A stretch of 64,000 bases of DNA, taken from contig NC_091478.1 of NCBI RefSeq assembly GCF_036971445.1, positions 68,882,001 to 68,946,000 on the forward strand, written 5' to 3'. Position numbers and translations under genes: made by a program. The notes below the pieces were generated by a model, which searched no databases, was not told the origin of the DNA, and worked only from the letters and a program-made list of their open reading frames with translations. The stretch comes from Narcine bancroftii (lineage: Eukaryota). Below, piece by piece: positions 12,756 through 23,565 of this stretch (within the stretch, counting starts at the first letter, position 1; every line of letters begins with the position of its first letter).

Positions 12756-15234
12756 ATGGGGGAGGTCATATGATGCCATAGGGAACATAGCACTTCCTTA
12801 CAACTCCCGGGGACTTTAGCTAAAAAAGTGTTAATTAAGTAAACTTTTTATTATCAGTTATTTTAAAGTCTTTTAAAAGTATTGACAACTCTAAATATAA
12901 TGCACCAAAAAAAGAAAAAAATCTCCAAAAACTACTCCGAAAGAAAAACTTGAACTGAGGAAAGAAAAAAATCTGGGCCTACCTCCAACGAAGCCGACCA
13001 TTGGAGTTCTTCTTGGATCTGCTGGAGACAGCCCTGGAGAGGGACCGTCTCATGGAACCATCTCTGCAGCTCTCCACAAAGATGGCTCCATCCCAAAAGT
13101 TACTTCAGCACCACGCATGCGTGACTCCTCACACATGCACGCTGTGGACACAAAAATTAAAGGGAAAAATCTTCACCCCTCTTAAAGGGCCAGTCCAGCA
13201 CTCCAAGTTGACAGGAAGAATAACACTTACCTGGTATGGAGGATGATTCTAGCGATTCTATAAGTGAAGAGGAAGATACAGGTACAGAAGAAGAAGAATT
13301 CAAAGACAAGGCAAAGTTTTTAAAGAAAAAAATTGATAAAATTGAGGCTAAAATTAATAAACTCAAATACAATAGAGAATAATTTTAAATTTTTAACTGG
13401 AGAAATATAACAAGTAAAAATTAATCTAACCAAATCAATAAATAACATTTCACAAAGGGTTGATAAATTAGAAGAAAGAATTAAAGACAACCGCGAAGAA
13501 GTTCAATGTATTGCAGAAAGAACAAATAATGAGGACTGCTTTGGTATCTAAGAATAAAAAATTGTTCAAGGCCAAGATGTAATTCCTTTTTTTCAAGATT
13601 GGATACTGCAAATATTTGGAAGAGAAAATTTTGATTGAGAGCTCATCATAGAGCTCTCCGACCAAAACCGGGACCGAATCAAAGACCTTGGTCTATATTG
13701 ATTAGATTCAAGCTCTTTTGAAGAGGAGGAAAGAGTTCAATCCAGTTAAGAAGGCTTTATATGATAAAGGTTACTTATTTGTGTTGCAATACCCAGCTAC
13801 TTTGAAAGTTTTTATTCCAGATCAGCAGAACGTCTTCTTCACCAACTATATTAAAGCCGAGGATTTTGTAAAAGATCTGCCCATGGCTCAACTACCAGAA
13901 GAGGACTTGTTGAAATTATTTATTAAAATGGGGACTATTCATAATTTTTTTCTTTTTCTCCGGGTGTTAGGGGTTGTGTTTGTTAAGTTTCTGATGACTA
14001 CTTGTATTCTCGTGGTTTAAGCACAACCCATAAAATAGAGAGTGGTAATCCTGGTTTTTCTGGCATTTTGGGGAGGGAGGGTTTTCTTTTTTTTGTTTCT
14101 TAGTTTAATTCTTTCCTATAATGTTTTTATTTTGAACAAGTTCAGTGTTTTTGGATTGCAGATGAAGACACCTCAGGCCAATTTGATTTATGGGGATTCT
14201 TCCTGGATAGGAATGTATGGTGATAATTTGGAAAATAATGGCTAAAACAGTTAAGATATTGAATTTTAATATTAATGGGATTAACAGACCCATAAAAAGA
14301 AGGTATTATTGAATATGAAGAAATTAGGAGTAGATATTGCTTTTTTTACAAGGGACTCATTTAACTGAAAGTGAACATTTAAAATTGAAAAGAGGTTGGG
14401 TAGGTCAGAAGGCTTTCTCTTCATTTAATTCTAAAGCTCGTGGAATGCTAATTTTATTTTTAAAAATTACCAGTTAAAATTCAGATTCAGCAGGAAGTTA
14501 TCTTATAGTAAATTGTCAAATATTTTCCGAAGTATGGACTTTATTGAATATTTATGCACCGAATTTAGATGATCACAAATTTATACAGAATACTTTTTTA
14601 AACTTAGTGAATGTACATAAAAATGTTTTGTTGGGTGGTGATTTTAATTTTTGTTTAGAACCTGTATTGGATAAATCTTCAAGAAATATAGTGAAATCAA
14701 AATGAAAATTTTTAATGTAATTGATATATGGAGAAGATTGCATCCTAAGGATAGGGATTATTCTTTTTATTCTATCAGGTTTGATAAATATTCTAAAATT
14801 GATATTTTTTTTGCTTTCTGCTCAAAATTAATCAAGAGTGATTGCTGCGGATTATAAGCTAGATTACTATCTGACCATTCCCTTCTTTTAATTGAGTTGG
14901 AATTTTCAGAAAAACAACATTTAATTTACAGATGGAGATTGAATTCTTTATTATCGATATGACTAGATTTTTCATATATAAGACAACATATTCAGTTCTT
15001 TTGTGAAATTAATTTACATTCAGTTGAAAATGTTTGTTATTTGGGATACATTGAAATCATATTTACGGGATCAAATTATAAGTTATTCTTCAAAACTTAA
15101 AAAAGAATATATGAATGATATAGACAAATTGGAAAAAGAAATAACTTTATTGGAAAAAGAAATTCAAAAATCATCCTCTTATATATAGAACTTTAGTAAA
15201 TAAAAAAAATTACAATACAATGTTAATATATAGA

Positions 15235-17102
15235 GGAGAAGCCCAGTACCTCTTCAGTGGATTGCAGTATGGTCGTTTTCAGTTGATCCCAGAGGGTTTC
15301 AGGAGACGTGTCCGCGAGGCAATTTGCATCCTCAAGCTTTGCTTGGAGGTTTGCCTGGAAGTTTCCTCTCACTACGTCTGACTGCATGTTTCCAACATTG
15401 AACCTCTTTCTGGGGTCTCCACTGTTCTTGAACTTTGGCTTGAAGTGAAGGTTGAGCTTGCAGCAAACAAGCCGATGGTCAGTGTGGCAATCCGTGCTGG
15501 GCATGACCCTGGTGTGGAGCACATCTCATTTGTCTCTTCCTCGCACCAGAACGTAGACCAGGAGGTGCCAGTGTTTGGATCGGGGATGCATCCAGGTAGT
15601 CTTCAGGCTGTCTCTCTGCTGGAAAAGGGTGTTAGTAATGAGAAGCCGCTGTTCTGTGCAGAGTCCCAACAGACAGGACAACTACTGACATGGTCTTTGC
15701 CCTCAGACAGCTCCAAGAAAAGTGCAGAGAACAAAACAAAGGACTCTACATCACCTTTGTTGATCTCACCAAAGCCTTTGACACCGTGAGCAGGAAAGGG
15801 CTTTGGCAAATACTAGAGCGCCTCGGATGCCCTCCCAAGTTCCTCAACATGGTTATCCAACTGCACAAAAACCAACAAGGTCGGGTCAGATCCAGCAATG
15901 AGCTCTCCAAACCCTTCTCCATTGACAACGGCGTGAAGCAAGGCTGCGTCCTCACACCAACCCCCTTTACTATCTTCTTCAGCATGATGCTGAAACAAGC
16001 CATGAAAGACCTCAACAATGACATCCGGTACCGCACGGATGGCAGTCTCTTCAATCTGAGGCGCCTGCAAGCTCACACCAAGACACAAGAGCAACTTGTC
16101 CGTGAACTACTCTTTGCAGACGATGCCATTTTAGTTGGCCATTCAGAGCCAGCTCTCCAGCTCATGACATCCTGTTTTGCGGAAACTGCCAAAATGTTTG
16201 GCCTGGAAGTCAGCCTGAAGAAAACTGAGGTTCTCCATCAGCCAGTTCCCCACCATGACCACCAGCCCCCACACATCTCCATCGGGCACACAGAACACAA
16301 AACGGTCAACCAGTTTACCTACCTCGGCTGCAACATTTCATCTGATGCAAGGATCGACAACGAGATAGACAACAGACTCACCAAGGCAAATAGCGCCTTT
16401 GGAAGACTACACAAAAGAGTCTGGAAAAACAACCACCTGAAGAAACACACAAAGATCAGTGTGTACAGAGCTGTTGTCATACCCACGCTCCTGCTCGGCT
16501 CCGAATCATGGGTCCTCTACCGGCATCACCTATGGCTCCTAGAACGCATCCATCAGCGCTGTCTCTGCTCCATCCTCAACATTCATTGGAATGACTTCAT
16601 CACCAACATCGAAGTACTCGAGCTGGCAGAGTCCGCAAGCATCGAATCCATGCTGCTGAAGACCCAACTGCGCTGGGTAGGTCACGTCTCCAGAATGGAG
16701 GACCATCACCTTCCCAATATCGTGTTATATGGTGAGCTCTCCACTGGCCACCGAGACAGAGGTGCACCAAAGAAGAGGTACAAGGACTGTTTAAAGAAAT
16801 CTCTTGGTGCCTGCCACATTGACCACAGACACTGGGCTGATATCGCCTCCAACCGTGCATCTTGGTGCCTCACAGTTCGGCGGGCAGCAACCTCCTTTGA
16901 AGAAGACCGCAGAGCCCACCTCACTGACAAAAGACAAAGGAGGAAAAACCCAACACCCAACCCCAACCAACCAATTTTCCCTTGCAACCGCTGCAACCAT
17001 GCCTGCCTGTCCCACATCGGACTTGTCAGTCACCAACGAGCCTGCAGCAGATGTGGACATACCCCTCCATAAATCTTCATCCGCGAAGCCAAGCCAAAGA
17101 AG
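15235..17102 (+). mobile_element. Young RTE LINE with inverted 5' segment, nested in the L1
   Basis: 15235-~15665 encodes the APE end and linker on the minus strand; ~15680-17102 is forward; tail gccaagccaaagaaga; probable degenerate TSD aatatataga/aatagacaga. Confidence 0.9.
15690..17072 (+). CDS. RTE reverse transcriptase, uninterrupted C-terminal 460 aa of a 5'-truncated ORF
   Basis: FVDLTKAFDTV, GVKQGCVL, LLFADD, FTYLG motifs; C-terminal Cys/His finger-like motif. Confidence 0.9.
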   Translation: MVFALRQLQEKCREQNKGLYITFVDLTKAFDTVSRKGLWQILERLGCPPKFLNMVIQLHKNQQGRVRSSNELSKPFSIDNGVKQGCVLTPTPFTIFFSMMLKQAMKDLNNDIRYRTDGSLFNLRRLQAHTKTQEQLVRELLFADDAILVGHSEPALQLMTSCFAETAKMFGLEVSLKKTEVLHQPVPHHDHQPPHISIGHTEHKTVNQFTYLGCNISSDARIDNEIDNRLTKANSAFGRLHKRVWKNNHLKKHTKISVYRAVVIPTLLLGSESWVLYRHHLWLLERIHQRCLCSILNIHWNDFITNIEVLELAESASIESMLLKTQLRWVGHVSRMEDHHLPNIVLYGELSTGHRDRGAPKKRYKDCLKKSLGACHIDHRHWADIASNRASWCLTVRRAATSFEEDRRAHLTDKRQRRKNPTPNPNQPIFPCNRCNHACLSHIGLVSHQRACSRCGHTPP

Positions 17103-18985
17103 AATAGACAGAACAGAGAAAATGCTATTACAATCTAAGCAGAAATATTATGAGCTAAGGGAAAGATCACATAAAGTTTTGGCTTGGCAGTTAAAAGCAA
17201 AACAATGTTCTAGCACAATTAATGCCATACAACAGGATAATGATGAAATGACTTATAAGCCACAAAGAATTAATGATGTATTTAAGGAATTTTATGAGAA
17301 GTTATATACATCTGACTCACTACAAGATGAAGAGGCTATAGATAATTATTTGTTACAATTAAGATTACCATCTCTGACTCAAGAAAGTTTAGATTGATTA
17401 GAGAGTTCTTTTACTGAGCAGATTTATGATGTGCTTACTAGTTTACATAATAATAAATCTCTGGGTGAAGATAGGTTTCCAGTTGAATTTTATAGAGTTT
17501 AAAGATTTATTGATTGCATTATTTATGAAAGTAATAGAACAAGCTTCTAATCAACGTTGACTTCCAGAAACTTTCTCTATGGCTATAATTATGCCTATTC
17601 CTAAAAAGGATAGAGACCCATTAAAATCTACTTCTTTTGGACCTATATCTTTGCTAAATGTAGATTATAATATTCTAGCAAAAGTATTAATGAAATTGGA
17701 TTAATGAATATCTTCCTGATTTAATAAATATGGATCAGATAGGTTTTGTTAGAAATAGACAAACTTTGGAGAATATAGTAAGGTCATAAAGTATAATTCA
17801 TTTAGCTAAGAAAGAAAGATTTGTTTTATTGTAGCTTTAGATGCTGAAAAAGCTTTTGATAGGTTAGAATGGGATTTTTAAAATTTAAGGTGTTAAGTAA
17901 ATTTGATTTTATTAATTTTATAAATTGGATTAAGGCCTTATATAGTAGTCCCAAAGCTAAAATGATTACTAATGGACAGATATCTCAATCTTTTAAATTA
18001 GTAGGCAGAGGTGTCCTTTATCTCCAGCTTTGATTGCTTTAGCTATAGGACCACTTGCACAAAAAATTAGAGATGATCAACAATTAAAGGGATTTGAGAT
18101 AAATCAGATACAACATGAAATTAATTTATTTGCTGATGATGTATTAGTTTATTTAACTCAACCACAAATATCACTACCAAGACTTTATAGTCATTTGTTA
18201 GATTATGGTAAGATAAATTGGGATAAAAATAAAGTAATGGAACTCGTAAAAGAAGATTATTCACAATGTAGCCAAGCAGTTTGTTTTAAATGGACAGATA
18301 AGATTAAATATTTAGGTATACGTATTGATACAAATTTGAAAAATTTATATAAATTAAATTATACTCCATTACTTAAAAATATAGAGGAAGATTTTTAAAA
18401 ATGGGTAAATTTACCGATGACGTTAATTGGGAGATTTTTCCACGACTTCAATATTTATTTCAAACTTTATCTATATCTTTACCTCAAATTTTTTTTCAAA
18501 ATTTAATTAAGGAGGTTAGGAAATTTCTTTGGAAAGGGAAGATGGTAAGAAAAGTCATTAGAAAAATTAACATGGAAATATGAACATGGAGGATTACAAT
18601 TTCCCAATTTTAAGAATTATTACAGAGCACCACAATTAAGGTTTTTAGTTTTTATGTTTGTTAAAATTAAACCATCATGGGTAGATATTGAATTAAATAA
18701 GATAGAAGTTAAACCAGATTGAGTTTATTTATAAATGGGATTTTAAATCTAATGCAATAGGCAAGGAAGCTCTGATATTAAAATATTTGTGGAATATCTG
18801 GAATAAAGTTAAATTAGAAATTGATGGATATACTCTTTCATTAAAAAACATCATTAATTAATCCCTTATTGATTTTTTTCAGAAGATAAGCCCTTTTTTT
18901 GAACATATTGTATCAGAAGGGAATCTCTAATTTGGGGACTGATATGATAATAATAGATTGATGTCTTTTATCAATTAAGATGATA

Positions 18986-19358
18986 TTCTTCCACCTGGAC
19001 TGCAGTGGGTGAATGCCTTGGTTACTGTGAAGGGCCCTTCCCTTCTTGGTTCGTTCCACTTTCTTCACAAAGCTTGCACGTAGACCTGGTCTCCTGGTTT
19101 AGTTGGTCCTTCCCCTTGGACGGTTTCTGGCTCCTTCAGTTTCTCCTGTGTAACTAATGGTCCATTGGTTAGTTATTGCATGTATTGTTTTAGCTCCATT
19201 ACCAATTGCTCCAAACTGGGTCCTTTGTACAGGCCTCTCCATTGGGACTCTGGCATGGGTCTCCACATGAGCACTTCATGTGGTGTCAGGGACGTCATCC
19301 GATTATTTTGCATGTGGTAGCTCATTAGTGCCAATGACAAGGCATCAATCCAGTTAAG
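18986..19358 (-). mobile_element. Retroviral/LTR-element integrase C-terminal fragment
   Basis: NWIDALSLALMSY...TSLTPHEVLMWRPM, then GDQVYV..KWNEPRREGPFTV (GPY/F module). Confidence 0.75.
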
Positions 19359-19529
19359 CACCTGAATGCAGCTGGCTGAAAGCGGAGGTTAAAAGGTCAG
19401 GCTGCTGACGTGGCAGTGAAGTCGTCAGCCTGAGGCGCCTGGCGTGAATCTTGAAGCACATTGCGCAGGCAGGCTAGTGCAGATTCAGTCATTTTGTTTA
19501 GCAGTGAAGGGAAACAGTGCATTTGAACA

Positions 19530-20558
19530 ATGGCTCCAAGAAAGGCTAGTAACTGGTCTGAAGAAGAGGTAAGACTGCTTCTAGACCACCTGACTCATGA
19601 ATCCCAGGAAAAGGAGCTTACTGGGACAGTGAGGGATGGTCCCACTTTTGAACGGCTGTCTGGATTGCTCGCAGCACAAGGGCACCAGCGCAGTAAAAAA
19701 CAGGTGGTCTCGAAGCTGAAGAGCATGAGGAAGAAATTCCACGCAGTCCTGGACCACAACAGGAGGAGTGGCAATGGGCGCAGGAAGTGGCAGTACTTCA
19801 ACCAGTGCCACACTCTCTGGGGGGTTAGCTGCTCAGCTACTCCCTTCAATGTAGCCAGCGCTCTGGAGACCCCTGAATCCCCAGAGCTCATCCCTGAGGG
19901 ATCTCAGGATTCACACAGCAGCAATGGAGGAGACATTCCAGTCCAGGAGGCCACCGCCGAGGACCTGGCAGCCATGGATTTGGATGTCTCCGAGAGAGGA
20001 AGCGCAGAGGTCACTGTCCCTGGAAGTGGTGAGGCGACATTCTCAACTGAGAACACAGGTACAGTAGCATTGAGGTTGTGATTATGGAGAAGCACTTAAG
20101 TCGAATGCTGATGCACTTTTCCTGTTTCCACCCACAGCCACTGGTCCCAGACGCAAGCGCCAGTGACTGACAAAAGGGCAGGTTCTCGCGAAGGATCTGC
20201 AGGCGATGATGTTGGTACTTGACAAGGAGGACAGTGAGAGAGACTGCCAGCATGCAGAGGAGGCGCTGGATCACGAGTTATGCTTGCCGACCAGAGGGAG
20301 GACGAGGCAGCAACGCGCCGCTCCGAGGTGGAGAAGCTTGCCCAGTCGATGTCTGAGTTAGCGGCCTCCCTGTGGGGACTGAGTGCTGCAATGGACAGGC
20401 AGTCAGTCATCTTCAATAGATTGGTCACGCGATTGGAGGCCTCCCCATCCCCAACCCCACAGTCATATGGTCAGCCTCATCCCATGTACCTGGCCCCTCC
20501 ATCAGTATGCCATTTCATTCCACACCAGTGCATCACAGTAGTGGACGCTTTGGCATGA
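19530..20558 (+). pseudogene. Harbinger Myb/SANT-like (trihelix) DNA-binding gene; exon 1 19530-20058 open, intron 20059-20137, exon 2 disrupted
   Basis: NWSEEEVRLLL...RSKKQVVSKLKSMRKKF...WQYFNQCHTLWG; exon 2 gives ATGPRRKRQ* and then a frameshifted coiled-coil. Confidence 0.82.
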
Positions 20559-20786
20559 CTGAGATGCTGGGATCCAGTACTGGTTCCTCATTTTCCCCTC
20601 CCCCCAACTCGTTCCTCTCAATGCTGCTAACCCACTGTTCATTTTTGTTGTTCATGAAGCCCCTCATAAGTGCAATGTTATGTGCGACACTTTAAGGATG
20701 GAAACATTCAGCAGTGAGATGCTACGATGCTGGGTGGTTGTGTTTATTGTGTTTACTGTTTTAGTGTTTGATCTACTGTGTTCAAG

Positions 20787-20966
20787 CTGAGGAGCTCAGA
20801 CCGGGGCCCATCTCCGGGAGAATGCGCAGACGGCCGGCTCGGCGGATTGGAGCCGATTACCGGGGAGCGCTCGGCGGCCATTGGGGAGGCCGGCTGGCTC
20901 CCATCCTGCTCGCATGGCGCAGTTCAAGCTTGTGGCCTATTTCCCCCAGATTAAAGCAGCGAGGAG
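20787..20966 (+). repeat. Diverged copy of the CDT1 5'UTR and first 17 codons (source 23415-23618) inside the Harbinger
   Basis: Shared ggagccgattaccggggagcgctcggcggccattggggag and tcctgctcgcatggc...gcctatttcccccagattaaagcagcgaggag. Confidence 0.97.
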
Positions 20967-21182
20967 TGGATTTGCACTGTTATTTGTCCATTCCATGGTT
21001 TCCTTCAAGTTTAAGAATGATGTGAAATGTTAATGTTGAGATATCGACCTCAGATATTTATGAGTCATTGTGATTTCTCAAAGAACATCTTTTATAAAAT
21101 TTTTGACAAGCACACAAGTCACAAGTTTCATTTATATTCACTCATTCATTCGCGAGAGCACATAACAGGACAGGCAGCAAGC

Positions 21183-22778
21183 TCAAGTCACCACTTTGGG
21201 TGTGGAGGGTGGAGGGGGGTACAAGTCATGGAAAATGGGGAGCTGGGTAACAGGGACATACCCTTCCATGATGGACATGATGGCAGAATGGATGGCCTGG
21301 TGCCCATGGTCCTGCTGATCAGCACAATCTGCGCTATTGGGTGCAGGACCATCTGCTTCAACTAATGTCCACTCTGAAGGGAAGTCTTCCTTGTTAATCT
21401 CACATATGTTGTGCAGTACACAGCAGGCAAACACAACATCTGGGACTAAGGTGGTAGAGATATCTAGACGCTTGGTCAGGCATCGCCAGCAGCCTTTTAG
21501 ATGGTCAAATGCATGTTCCACCACTATCCTTCCTGAATTAAGGGTCTTGTTAAATCTTCGCTGATCCTGATCCAGTACTCGGTGCTGTGTGAACCCCTTC
21601 ATCAGCCAGCTTCGTAGGGGGTATGCCGCATCACCCACAAGATATGCTGGAACCTCCACTCCCTCAACATCCTTGGATACCTGCAGGCACAATGATGCAG
21701 ACATGTAGTTAACTCATGCACCTGAATGTTGACACAGCCAGCATGCATAACATTTGAAACATGGAACTTTGAAGGGTGAACACTCACGTCACGAGGGAAG
21801 AGGTATCTGCCCTGGTCCTCAGCTTTTCTAAACAGAGGAGAGTTGGCAAGCACTCGGACATCATGCGTGCAGCCCGGCCACCCCACAAACACATCTGAGA
21901 AGCTGTAACATGAATGGACATCACAGTGGAAATCACACAGTGAAATTATAGTCATTGGAAATGTGATGTACATCAATAGAGGCTTAACTCACCAGAATCT
22001 GTTGTCAACCACCGCTTGCAGAACCTCCGAATGCCACCCTTTGCGACTGTAGTAGGCTGCAGCATCCACGCTGAGAGTGATAATCGGAATGTGTGACCCA
22101 TCAATGGCACCAGCGCACACTGGGTATCCCCTTTGGGCGAAGCCATCAATGGTCTCCTGGAGACATGCTCCACTTGGCAGGGAGATGAAATGTTTACCAA
22201 GGAACTTCCTCAAGGCAGCAGTCACCTCCTGCACCACCATGCACACGTTGCTGACGCCTATTCCAAAGATGGTACTGATGGATCGATACTCACAAGGAGT
22301 GGCATACCACCACAAGGCCACAGCTAATTAAAGTCCGAGCTGCAATGGTCACTGTAAGTCCGGCCTATGTGCCTTCAGGTGAGGTTCTATGAGTTCCAGC
22401 ACAAAGTGAAAGATGTCACGCGACATACGAAAGTGTCTGCTCCACTCAGCATCATCAAATTTGGTGAGGACATTACTCCAGAACTCAGCAACCTGTGGTC
22501 GGTTCAACCTCCAGAGAGACCAAGGTGTCACCATAGCTAATTGACTGACCAGCAGCATTCGCCTTTGTTTGCATGCTTACGCTCCACGCGCCTTTCGACT
22601 GCTGTCTTCTTGCCCTCAACCTTTGCAGGAACCTTCTGATTGCACCCATGCGATTTTCAGATCTCAAGGACGGTTGAAGAGCTTCAACAGCACAAATAGC
22701 CTTTCCAAGGTTCTGCCGTATCTCATTCTGAGCACTCAGAAAGGCTGAAATCATCATCATTATGTCTCCTTCCTGCAC
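21183..22778 (-). pseudogene. Harbinger DDE transposase (HARBI1-like family); exons 22778-21993, 21902-21788, 21680-21183
   Basis: HFRMSRDIF, GAIDGSHIPI (D), VGWPGCTHD, YLVGDAAYPL (D), RIVVEHAF.HLKGCWRCL (E), CCVLHN; GT-AG introns in phase; stops and a frameshift in exon 1. Confidence 0.92.
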
Positions 22779-23362
22779 AGGGTTTGCCCTGTGTTCCTTC
22801 TTGTCGCGCTCAAAATGACATCACGCCAGTGGGGGGTGGGGAGGACAGCTGACACTGGGCAGGAGCGGAGTGGGGTCAGAGCTGCATCCTGTGCAGCTGT
22901 CTCCTTTAGATGGCCAGCGTGGCACTTTAAACGCTGCCACCTGAACGGCAATTCAAAGGGCCGCTTCTGCTTCTTCAGGCGCATCCTTAGCGGAGAATGC
23001 ACCTGAAAGAGCCGAGTGAGTCAGACATGGCTATTCTTACCGCAATTAAACTAACTGCGGAGCCTTCGGGCAGTGGACAAGAAGGGGTTTCGTTGGAAGA
23101 AATGCTCATACGTATTGCAACCAATTCTGCCTAGCTAATAGAAATGGAAAGTTTGGAAGATAAATAAATTAAGAAAAAAAACCCACAAGTTTATGGTTAA
23201 ATCAAGAGGAAATTGTGGCTGGAACTTGTTTGGAGGCGATGGGGGTCCGAACTATCGCGCGGGAATGTAACAAATGGACAAGAAAGCAGAGCGGACGGGT
23301 CGTGAAACCAGGCATTAAAAAGAAGGGGGAGCCTTGATGAATCAGTCAGCCAGCGAAGTCCC

Positions 23363-23384
23363 CACGTGACCCGCGGGTCACGTG
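23363..23384. promoter_or_regulatory. Perfect 22 bp palindrome with two E-boxes in the CDT1 promoter
   Basis: cacgtgacccgcgggtcacgtg. Confidence 0.7.
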
Positions 23385-23388
23385 TTGG

Positions 23389-23400
23389 TTTGGCGCGAAA
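23389..23400. promoter_or_regulatory. Overlapping dual E2F site in the CDT1 promoter
   Basis: tttggcgcgaaa, the reverse complement of the DHFR-type TTTCGCGCCAAA; CDT1 is a known E2F target. Confidence 0.85.
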
Positions 23401-23565
23401 TTTCGGAGCTGCCCCTGAGGAGAGCGGAGCAGCTCGGACAGGGGCCCACCTCCGGGAGAAGGCGCAGACGGCCGGCTCGGCTCGGCTCGGCGGATCGGAG
23501 CCGATTACCGGGGAGCGCTCGGCGGCCATTGGGGAGGGAGGCCGGCGGGCTCCCGTCCTGCTCGC

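Larger units (their letters stand above)
12757..18985 (+). mobile_element. Old near-full-length L1/Tx1-clade LINE (ORF1 ~12900-13910, ORF2 from 14238), heavily disrupted and 3'-truncated
   Basis: KRRKEFNPVKKALYDKGYLFVLQYPATLKV (ORF1 C-term); LNFNING, NIYAPN, GGDFN, LSDHSL (APE); LDAEKAFDR, NLFADDVL, KIKYLGI (RT). Confidence 0.9.
19359..23013. mobile_element. PIF/Harbinger DNA transposon with convergent Myb/SANT and transposase genes; left end lost
   Basis: Two-gene convergent layout; right end ...gcacctgaaagagcc resembles the ggctctttca termini of local MITEs; left end abuts the integrase fragment. Confidence 0.88.

Noticed and set aside
16804-17397. 197 aa chimeric RTE-L1 ORF
   Set aside because: Chance read-through from an alternative RTE frame into a host L1 ORF2 remnant.
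21183-22778. Domesticated HARBI1 gene
   Set aside because: In-frame stops and a frameshift, an adjacent Myb partner and a TIR-like end indicate a transposon copy, not the host gene.
1-23013. PIEZO1 exons, expected upstream of CDT1 by synteny
   Set aside because: No recognisable PIEZO1 coding sequence; the region is almost entirely transposable elements.
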